From Trichoplax adhaerens (lineage: Eukaryota; Animalia; Placozoa), in assembly GCF_000150275.1 (NCBI RefSeq), contig NW_002060957.1, positions 1,166,445 to 1,230,444 of the forward strand: a stretch of 64,000 nucleotides of DNA, written 5' to 3'. A model generated the notes under the pieces. That model was not told where the DNA came from, made no database searches, and saw only the letters and a list, made by a program, of their open reading frames with translations. Position numbers and translations under genes: made by a program. This document shows, in pieces, positions 53,140-64,000 of this stretch. Within the stretch, counting starts at the first letter, position 1; each line of letters opens with the position of its first letter.

Positions 53140-54120
53140 CTGTAGCCATCACAACACTAGAATAATTCATTTTGCTTTCTGAGCTAATCAGTAGTAATGA
53201 GTGTTGTTGTACGTAATTATTTTATTTCAGCTAGGGCATTAATATCATTTCTCATTTCGTATTAGAAAATAAATGAGCTTCTCTTGCACGAATTGATAAT
53301 CGTCTTGTATCATGACCAATAAACATAAGTAACCTTGCTCGACGAATTCACTGCCAAACAGCATCAAAATGGCATCGATATTTGATCATAGCCGAATAAA
53401 CGAATCTTTTAGTTTAAGAGAATTGCAAAGACCATCATCTTTCATAAGTATTTTAATCTGTAGACAGTAACTATAGCCAATAATAAGTGTAATCCGATGA
53501 GATTTTGGTGTCGTTGATGGTACAATTCAGAAAATGGCTTAACCTGGGTTGTATGAATTGATAATCACCCTGCACTATGACTAATAAACATAGATAGCGT
53601 TGCTTGAACGAATTAATTGCATAGTATTATCAAATGGAAATGAATCGTTTACTGTTAGTTAAAGAGAATTGTAAAGACCATCATCCTCCATTTGCATTTA
53701 GATCTGTTGGCAGTAACCTTAGCCAATAATAAATGAATACTTACTGGCGATGATCAACTCTGTAGCCGTAGCGAAACTAGATGCATACATTCACTTTGTT
53801 TTTTGAGCTGATCAGTATTGATTAATACTATTCTATTTTAGCTAGAGCAATAATGTTGTTTTTAATCTCATATTGGATAATTAGTTGGTTTCTATTGTAT
53901 GAATTGATATTGATCTTGCATCGTACCAAATCAATATGGGTAGCATGACTACTGTAAACGAATTTATTACAAAATAAGCTCGAAAGGTATTGAAAAAAAG
54001 GAATTGCGTAGATAAAGAGAATTGCAAAGATGATCGATCATCCTTCATTTGCGTTTAAATCTGTTAGCAATAACCTTATGCGATGATGAGTGCGATCCAA
54101 TACGATATTTTGGTGTCGTT
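53140..54120. repeat. Diverged direct repeats upstream of the DPP gene 2 TM exon
   Basis: AAGAGAATTG(C/T)AAAGA at ~53416, 53662 and 54015; a GTAGCC...GAGCT(A/G)ATCAGTA block at ~53143 and ~53762. Confidence 0.75.
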
Positions 54121-54551
54121 CTCACAATAATTTATACATTCTTAATAAAATAGGTTTCAATACTTTTACTTCCGTATTAGTTCAAAATAAACCTTTGGAT
54201 GAGTTGATAAAGGAAAATGTTCCTCGTTGAGATTGATACTCTATTAATATTTGAAAATATTCGTCTGCTAGTGCAGGAAAAGTTATCATGGTGAATGCTA
54301 TGATATCATAATTGGTTTACCTTTAAAAAATGGTGCTGCCGAATAGAATCTTTCATGTCATCGAGTGATCTAGCTTCTACCCTGATGTTGCTAAATATTT
54401 TTCAATAGGATTGAGCACATAAAGCAATTAATTTCTCCTTTCATAATAAGTGTAGTCTAGATATCGACAAGATGTAAAAATAATCCTCATAATAATTATT
54501 GATATTAATCTAATTTTCATTTCTACTTCTTATTGTTGTCGTAAAATCTAG

Positions 54552-57500
54552 GACGATTTTCCGGAGACTAAAGTCCAGCGAAGCAGCGGTATTAGTAGGA
54601 CGACAGTCCTTGTCCTTATTGTGATTATCTTATTAGTAGCTGCAGCTGCCATTACCGCTGTCGTTGTGATCATGAAAAGTAAGGCAATATTAATTAAGAT
54701 GATTAACGTAGAGATTGAGAAGAATTATCAGGATAATAAACAAGATAAATAAAAGAATGAGTACATCGTTAATATCGACTTTTGTAATGCAAGCGGTATG
54801 GAATTATGTTTGTCAGTATATTTTTTTACTCAGTTTGAATGTAAGACATCATTAGTATAGATAGTTTTAATGCAAATGGGTATGCAAAGATGCTTACCAG
54901 TATAATTTATTAGCTAGGTTGATTGTAAGAATACCTAGCTTAACGACGAAGCAAAAATTCCTTTATTTATTTATAGAGTTTTTTTTTCAGTTTCGACATG
55001 TTTCATTGTCGTGCTCTATACTGATAAATCTATTTTATGTATGCCTATGTACTAAATGATAGCTTGATGGCCTTGCTATTCGCTATAATGATGATGATAT
55101 TTCATCTATACATGCTCCTGTTCATGATCATGATTTTCCCTTGTAAATTGCAAAAATATCCCTCAGGATGATAGTATTATTTTAGGAACGTTGCTGTCTG
55201 TATATGTTAGTTTTAATTCAAAATGTAATCTACTGTAAACTCCTAAACTGGTATCTAAGCTGTAGATAATCTCAGTGTTTACGGAAGAGCTGGAAATAAT
55301 ATAATTAGATTATAGAATAACATTAATTTGCTGGCAGAAAGAAGTCCCTTAGACAAAACATAGTAATAAACAGATCCTTATGAGTTCCTAATTTGATGGA
55401 ATTGATATTTTGCATCAAACAGCGCTACTGAAGAATAAATTAACTAAATCAACGACTAGAATAAATAAATCCCTAGGGTAAATATAGCAATAAAAAGGTT
55501 TCTACCTCCTCAATACCCAATAGCTTTGATACTTTAAAATTAGGATAACATTAAAAAAAGTTTTAACGAGAAGTTATTGATACAGGAGCTAAACTTTACG
55601 ATCTACGTCACCTCTGAGAATTATTTTGATATAAATGAGCATACATTGATTAAGTATTGCAATGGACCTGTCTGATTCTCCACAATACAACCAGGAAGGA
55701 TTAACTAGAGTAATGATAAAATCTTTGCTTATGAAATATCCATTTTTCTTAGTTTAGATGGATTATATTTTAAATTTGTATTCTTATTGCCATGAAGTGA
55801 TTATATAACCTTAACAGTCTAAAGTAAACTGTACAATAGCTACAAAACAGTAACTGTTTCTTAAATATACATGATCCTTTTCATGAGAAATTGGTCAAGA
55901 TTACAAACAATTTAAATGTCATGATTGAATAAGAGTAACTAGTTAATGTTGTCGGGATCATAAGTCATTACTTTCTCAATAGTTTAATATCGTAGGTAAT
56001 AATTATTTGGAAATAAAGGGGGATTTTCCGCATATCCTTTAGTAACTTATCTTCTGTCAAGTCACTAGACTAGAAAGGTTCTTGATTTAATCCGCTACTT
56101 CTAACTATAGCGGATATCGATGATAGCATTACTCTTATACTTTGGGAAGATCCAGTTATTTTTTCTAGCTACGTGTACAGTAGTTATCACTGATCGCATC
56201 AATCATATAGCTAGGGTAGATTTTGTAACTTTTCTAGCTATAATGGTATCGATGATCGAATCAGTCACATAGCCAGAACAGTTCCGTTATTTTTTCTAGT
56301 TATAGTAATTATCGATGATCGAATCAGCTATATACCTAGAGAAGATTTCTTTACTTTTCCAACAATAGGGCATATAGATGATCGAATCAGTTATATAGCC
56401 AAAGTAGAACCCGTTATTTTTTCAGCTATAAAGATTATATAGTATATATTATCAATAATTGGATCAGTATTATAAATAGGATACACTCCGCTATTTTCTA
56501 GTTACAGCAGTTTATCCACGATCGGATCACTCATATAGCTATAGTCGATTCCCTTGCTTTTCTAGCTATAATAGTTATCTGTAATCGGATCAGTTATACA
56601 GTTCGGATATATCCCGTTATTTTTGTAAATATAGTAGTTATTGATGATCGAGTCAATCATGTAGCTAGCGTAGATCCTGTTATTTTTCTAGCTATAGCAG
56701 TTATCGAAATCGGATTAGCCACATAGCTAGAGTAAGTGTCGACATTGATCCTCTTACTTTTTAGCTATACTACATTGTTTATCGACGATCAATCATGTAG
56801 ATAGGATAGATCTCATAAATTTTTTAGCTATTTTAGTTATCGATGATTAGTCGATATAAATGGAGCAGATCCCGTTATTGGCATTCTAGAATGGAGAAAA
56901 TATGCACATCTCCCATGGTACCGATGCGTACCATCGCTGATGATTGACAGCAGCATTTTTCTGCCCATAATTAATATCTATATTGATCTTAGTAAGTGAG
57001 TAAACATCTTTTAACATTACCATTGGGTTTATTGATCAAACTGCAAGGTAAATTGGAACCAGTTGTATTTATTTATTCTGTCATAGTGTCCCCATCTTGC
57101 ATCCTATCATTTACATTAGAGCTTCCGATCCACTTTGCTATCGGCTTGTGAACTACCTTACGATATTGTAGTATTCAGTAAAGTGTTTAACGGATCGATT
57201 TTAGTGTCTAGTGCCGATGATTTAGGCTATAGAGAACACAAATTTGTATTTATTTACTATCCAAGCTGTACCTGATGTTGACATGCGGTGGAATGTTGGA
57301 TTTCTTATTACCAAATTGATATTAATTATTGCCTATTGTACAGCCATACCAGTTTTAATTTTCTCAATTCTACGTTTACGTATATCATTTATTTAAGATA
57401 TTTCCAATGCTGGTATGATAAGCTTCAGTATTAATTTGAACTGTATAAAATACGAATAGCTGTTGATTAAATACAAAAGGAATATTATTTGAGCCAGTAT

Positions 57501-60500
57501 AGAATTAGAATCTTATTATTGATCTACTACAATTTAAAATAAATCTCTTGATTGATCATAAGGATAAATAAAGGCATCACCCGGCAAAATGATGTCAAAA
57601 ACGACTAAGATCATTATTATTGGCCTGAATTGGCTAATACGATATACATAATATACTGGAACTACTCCATCATTTTCAATTATTTATTTACATCCTAGTA
57701 AACGTTAATGCAGATCAAAACCTTTTGCATGGATCTGATTCTATGCTAAAAATAAACTACCATCATTAACCTTATCGATACCGATATTGTGCTATCAAAT
57801 AGCTACAATTCTTCTATAAACTGTTTCTATAATCGTTTTCCTTGTAGCAGCTATCTCCAGCTATGTAACCAATTGAAAGTTATTTTAATGCCCACTCAAA
57901 GTTTTCATTACCTCTATTCGCAGATCAACAACAAGCCCAGACTAGTATGCCTACGCCAAATAATTTCAAAGGCAAAGTCTTTGGAATTAGTGAATTGTAC
58001 AATGGATCATTTTATGCTCGATCAGTATATGTCAGTTGGATAAGTGGTAAGCTAACTGATTATCAAGCAAATTCTACCCAACTGAAGGAATAATATAATC
58101 AATGGATACAAGCCTTTAATCAATTTCACACTTTAACCTTGATTCCTATCTGTTGAATATAGATACTTCCTACGAGTACACAGACACCAATGGCGATCTC
58201 GTCGAGTACGATGTATCCACGAATACTACCAAAGTCCTATTGCCTTATTCGCAAAAGGTAAATATAAACATCTACCAGACTGTAGAAAAATAGTGTCGGT
58301 ATTTTGGGTTATGAAATGTGTTCTTAAAATTATTTTCTTTTTCAGAATTTGCTCAAGATAGCAAGATCTTGGATTAGTCCTGATGGCCTATTCTTACTTC
58401 TATCCTATCAAATGAGATATGTAAGCTATGTTACGATGGCCATTTTGGCGATGGATATTGATGGCTGCCAATCGGCTAGAATGAATCGTTGTTCTAATTG
58501 ATATTCTTGTTTCGATTGAAAATTCATAGCTCTATCGCTACTCTTTCTATGCTCGCTATATCGTCTACCGAATTTCAGACAAGTAAGTTGATTTTTGAAG
58601 CGCTAGAGTGTCGTTTTATGTAAATGGATAGTTATATTTGGCAAAAATCGTCATAAGAATATGGAGTAAATTATCCTTCGCTAATAAATTCATAGCCATA
58701 GCCATAGATTAACATAATCGGAACGTATTCACATATCAAGAAGATAGTGACTGTAAAATCATCTAATTTTTTTATTATTTTGCTTCAAGGCAAATTTTCT
58801 ACTTGGAGCCAATGGGAAGTGGAAAAGAATTAAGATATATGGGTTGGTCAGCAAGTGGCCATAAATTGGTAAATTCTATAAGCGTTGAGTAAAACTTGAA
58901 GTTTGATGATTTTGTAATGCAAGAATGCGAAATGAATATGGATATGCAGTTTCCCCCAGCAATTTACTAATTTGGAACTGCTTAATTTCTAAGTGTTACA
59001 ATCTTACAGTGTCATACTATTGAAGTATGCAAATTCTATAGATTTAATAACGCGATGCATCTTATGTTCTATTTCAGTCTTTCGTTTTTGGAAATGATGT
59101 CTATGTTCTATCCGATCCTACCAATGACAAAAACATGGTACGATTAACGACCACCGGTGTCGACAAAGTCGTATTTAATGGTGTTCCTGATTGGAACAAC
59201 GAAGGTTTGTTGCGATATTTGGATGTTATAAATAGAATTCATCAGTGTGTAGATTTGGTTTCGTAAATCGTTAATCTTGTACAAAGATGAGATGAACAAT
59301 TTACTCATCGTCGTAGAGTTAAAATAATTCATTGCTCCAAATTCATACCGTACTGAACGTGGATGAACCTTATATAGATCCTATTGGATCTTAGATTAAT
59401 ACTAAAAAAGTTCGACTTCTTAGCTTCTACAATATTGCGATAAAATAAAGCAATTATCTTTCATATTTATAGAGGAAATTTTAAGTAGCAACAATGCCAT
59501 CTACTGGTCCAAGGGTTCTACCTATGTGTGCTATGGTTCATTTAATGCAACTGGTGTTGGATCTGCTCACTGGGTGTTATACAATGGCAAAGGTTCTTAT
59601 ACTAGCATCGTTAAAGTTCCTTATCCCAAGGTAAGATCAGTTTTTTTGATCATAGCTTAATAAGGTTAAATTCGATATTTCGGTTGTTTTTAGAAATGAA
59701 TATTTCCGCAATAATTAAATTTCATCAATAATATTCCATTTCATTCAGAGTGGTTCAATCAATTCCAAAGTAACCATTTATGTCACTAAAGCCAACGATG
59801 CTGCTACTACCCTTCAATTAATGCCACCAACCGATTTCCTTAACGGGTAATCCTTTTTCGGATATAATCAATTATTAGGTGTTCTATTTGCTGAAAGATT
59901 TAAAATTAAGAGTTAAACTTTATTTGACTATGAGCACCTGAAGAAATGATTAGATGAAAAGTGTACGCGTAGATTAGTATTGCCTGCTGTATAGGAGGAC
60001 ATTTTGTGATATTTCCACTTGCATTTAAATTATAAAATAGGGAATATTATTATACCAACGTAGTCTGGGCTTCTGATACTGTGGTTACTGTGACTTGGCT
60101 AAACCGATTCTCTAATGTCAGCGCTTTAATGTCATGCGATGCTACCAATGGTCAATGCAGAGAAGTAAGTAGTTAATTTGAAAGGTTTCTGCAAAAGCCT
60201 TGCATAGATATTCAGGCAATAGGCGAACTTTCATCCTATTTTATTTGTGAATAGGGTAATCATCGAGTATTAGAATCTGCTACCCTTTAGCTTGATAGAT
60301 AATTGCGTCAGTGCAACTTATTTGGGATAGTCATAAAATTTTGGGGAGTAGCTGTTCTATCATGTACAATGTACATAATATCATATAAAAAGAAATTAAG
60401 ATTTTATGTAAGAATAGTTCTGAAACTGGATAGATGACAATCAAGTTGCTACTATGATATCATTTGTTAAGGAATGCAGCGAACGTTGCATTGCCAGAAG

Positions 60501-63500
60501 TTGATAATTCCTTATACATGTACTGTACATTACATAATACCAAAAAATGCTGATGTAATCCTTTTTTAAGCAAAATTATGGGCTACTTCAAATACTTAGT
60601 GCATCTAGTAGTCCATGCATAAGCAATAATATAAATACAGCGGTATTTGCATAGGAATGCTGCTCAAATCATATCGATGGCAGCTAAAGAATATTCTGTA
60701 CACGGATACGTGTACATATTTTAGAATTTTTTCTGCTAAGCAAATCACGCTGTTCTAGACTAAGTGGTATGATAGTTCACGTTAAAAATTGTTGTAGTCT
60801 CAAGATCGTATTGCAACCGGCAGTAGATAACAAATTCCTAATTTGGACTTCATAAATGCTTCAAGCTGGTGATTGTTACCAGATTTAATTTGATATCGTA
60901 ACATAGACATGCTCAAATGTTTCTGTCGGTAAAAGTAATTTTAGATTAGTTTTATTGTTGTATTTTACCACTAGAAGAAATTGAGTTTCACATCCAATAT
61001 GATATATACTACGAGGATATGAATAAGCACAAATTGTAAAGTCTACTCATTTATAGAGCTAAAAGTAGTAATAGATCAGTTGCAAACTATAAGTAAGTTC
61101 GCATTAGAATGAAACAATTGTAATTATTTATCTGTGTTTAGATCAATCGTGTATCTGAACCTAATGGATGGATCGATTATCACTACGTAAGTCAGAAATT
61201 GCATCAATCAAAAGCTTTAAAATTTATTAAATTAAGTACTGATTTTGAATGATATAGTATAGCCCAAAATTTACCACGGCTGGTGATTCCTACTACGCAG
61301 TTTTACCTAGGAAGGGATCTAGCGGTAAAAGCTTTTTCCATCTGGCTAAAGTCTCTCTAACGGTAAGTTGCAAAAATTTTAGAGTTTACTTACTCAGTAT
61401 AATAAGTGGAATAGTCTACATTGATTCTATGTCAGAGCTAGGACTGAACTATAGCATTTGAATTCATTGCCGTGTTTTACATGCTTATACTTTGTTATTG
61501 CGTAAGTTCTAACTTAGATACAACATATTTTGCTGTTCAATTTATAGAATAGCCAGAAAACTTGGCTAACCAGTGGAGACTGGCATGTTACGGTCATTTA
61601 TGCTTACTCTGAATCCAGAAATTTGCTGTAAGTTTTGCTGATTATTAAATTGATGCGTGAATATTTCATTGCTTCTAATTGGCCATGGCTGATTGAAGGT
61701 ATTTTAAATGCTGATCGTTTATTATAACTACTAGTTTCTTCCAAAGTACTGAAAAGGGCTCTATCACTAGGAATGTATACAGGTAACATAATGACTATCA
61801 AGCTAGCATCATAGCGGGTTACCTGGTATAGGCTAAATTAATAGTACTTGCGGCTTCCTTAATTTTATAACATTATAAGGTACAGAGCTCATTCATAATT
61901 GATGAACATATTATTTACTAGTATCGCCACAGATGGATCCAATAAGAAATGTTTAAGCTGCAGTGTTAGGCCAAGTAAGGCTCATGAAATCCCCACTCAA
62001 TAGCGATTGCATTCGTATTCTTACTCTTGCAAATATCTTAATTTTGTTTCATAGATGAATGTGAATATTTTACTGGCTCTTTCAGCTCAAGTGGTAATTA
62101 CTACGTACTTGGTTGCAGAGGTAAGTTCATATTTCATTAACTTTCTGCTATTGAATAGATTATTCCATAAAATGATATTACATCCGATGGATACTTGATA
62201 TTAGGTCCTGGTATTCCATCTTACCAAATGATCAATTCTATTACTGGAGCAAGTAAGATCTCATTAATATTGTTTCGAACGATTCACTAAGTCCAGAATA
62301 TTGTATACCGCAACCTAGATATTATTTACGACAGTAGCGTATCTAAATTAAAATGATTTGATTCTCTTACCTATGACTAGCCTTCGTGATGGAATCTAAT
62401 GAGCGACTTAAGAATGCTGTTGCAAGTATCACTGTATCCACCCGAGTTTATGGGGAATTTGCTCATGCTGGCTTCAGTAAGTTTTTCCGATTCAATATGC
62501 TAATGAGTATTTCAGCTACGATAGCTAGCTCTAGCTGGAATTAGAAAGGGCGTGATACATTGTCATTTATTGATGTAGCTGTAGCTCCCACATTTAAAGT
62601 GCAGTATTTTAATTTAATTAACGTAGTTATCTACGATAACTCTGCTACTTTGGTAGTTTCAACTTTCTATTTATATAAACCGATATCGCTGGTAGATTTC
62701 TAGTATCGAAGTAAATGATGATTACCACAATATTCTGCAAAGTCTTATTTGCACTAAACAAAATCATTGAGGTGGATTTCCAGTGATCTAAGTAATGATT
62801 ATTTTGATATTCTGCAATGTCTTATTTGCCCTTATTGAAATTGTTTTAATTACAGTAATAGATTTACGGTCATCTAAATGATAATTACTTTAATATTATC
62901 GCTCTTATAGAAATGATTGTACCTTCTTTTTGCTGTCATTATACGATATCTAAATATTTGTTGTCATCTCCATTAATAAGAAATGAACTATGTTATGTAT
63001 CGTCCCCCTGGATTTGATGCTTCAAAGAAGTATCCAGTCTTTATGTATATGTAAGTCGAGCTATGATATAAAATAAACAGTTCGAATTTACCGTGATAGG
63101 AAATACGTTAGTTACTCTAAATATTCTTATCTGAAATTTCATAGCTACGGAGGTCCTCAAAGCCAACGTGTAAGTATTCGAAAATATGTAATAGGAATTT
63201 TATCTAGCTTAAAATTGCCAAGATATAAGCATTAAAATCAGCCGAAGCAATATTAATATTTTAAAGAAATGTTATTATCCCAATTATAATTTAATGGCTT
63301 ATAGGTAAACAAAGAATTTGGTTTAGGCTGGGCAGAATACTTCTCGTCCTACTTGAATACTATTTGTATCGTATTTGACCCTCGTGGTACCGGCTATAAG
63401 AGCAATGAGTATGCAAGCTTTAAGCGGATGGACTCATCTTATAATAACTTTAATAAATACATTAATTCCTATTTATTGATCGTCTACTGTGATTTCATTA

Positions 63501-64000
63501 GATTTATGTACAGCACTTATAAGAAATTGGGTGTACTGGAGGCTCAAGATGTACAAGCCTTTGGCCGGTAAGTATTTTCGGCCATGCATAAACCAATTGG
63601 ACGAACAATGACTAATTTATAGCATCCTTGGTTGATCGTCATGTAAAAATCTTTGATTTCAATGAAATGTAGTATAATAATGAACAGTAATATGAGCTAG
63701 CAAAAATTGGAAATGTACATCTAAAATCTTAACTTAAGGCGTGCATACCGATTAGAGCTTGTGAATAGATTCAATGAGGAATAATAGCTAACGTGTTATC
63801 ATACTATAACAGATATCTGCAAACACTGCCTTATGTTGATGGTTCTAACATGGGTGTCTTTGGATGGGTAAGTGATCAATTTTCACTACTGCTAGCTAAT
63901 TCTTAATCCAGGTACAAAAATTTTTACTTCACAATATTTCTGTTGTTACGGTGTAGTCCTACGGAGGCTATGCCACAGGTATGGTTATTGGCGAGAATAA
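54552..64000 (+). CDS. Dipeptidyl peptidase 4/FAP-like serine peptidase (S9B), active-type motifs; first exon not located, 3' end beyond the window
   Basis: TM exon 54552-54678 ([24 protein letters not shown]). Exons from 57924 onward give [49 protein letters not shown] (63145-63169), [18 protein letters not shown], and GVFGW|SYGGY with the Ser codon TCC at 63957-63959. Confidence 0.93.
56090..56880. repeat. Intronic minisatellite, ~63 bp unit, roughly 11-12 diverged copies
   Basis: GATGATCGAATCAG at 56251, 56314 and 56377, with variants continuing. Consensus-like ...CATATAGCTAGAGTAGATCCCGTTATTTTTCTAGCTATAGTAGTTATC. Confidence 0.9.

Noticed and set aside
49900-54551. First coding exon of DPP gene 2
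   Set aside because: No convincing ATG-plus-phase-0-donor candidate was found by eye, so the start is left unassigned.
56090-56880. Regularly spaced ~63-bp repeats as a CRISPR-like array
   Set aside because: The whole unit is repeated and degenerate, there are no unique spacers or cas genes, and it lies in a eukaryotic intron. It is a minisatellite.

Overview
Eukaryotic (animal) genomic DNA: AT-rich and gene-dense, with many ~60-300 nt spliceosomal introns. The style suggests a compact early-branching metazoan such as a placozoan, but that is inference only. The ORF track misses most genes because they are highly spliced, so I rebuilt exons by hand. Left to right: (1) two tandem Zn-dependent alcohol dehydrogenases of the CAD/YahK-like type, the complete copy with an intronless CDS and the first cut by the window edge; (2) a small P-loop protein gene; (3) a Tc1/mariner-derived DNA-binding-domain-only ORF, head-to-head with OLA1; (4) a 17-exon OLA1/YchF gene containing a 12-nt micro-exon followed by an AT-AC intron with U2-type signals; (5) an intronless hAT/ZBED gene that has lost catalytic residues; (6) a two-exon Sp1-4-class transcription factor; (7) two tandem DPP4-family (S9B) genes with matching intron positions. 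The first DPP gene is an intact but apparently inactive DPP6/DPP10-like pseudo-peptidase (GWGYGG, DGTP, EEQ). The second has active-type motifs (GWSYGG, YGGP, EEE) and runs off the window. Several local tandem repeats and two G16 tracts are present. No rRNA, tRNA or CRISPR was recognised. Coordinates were counted by eye and may be off by a few nt.
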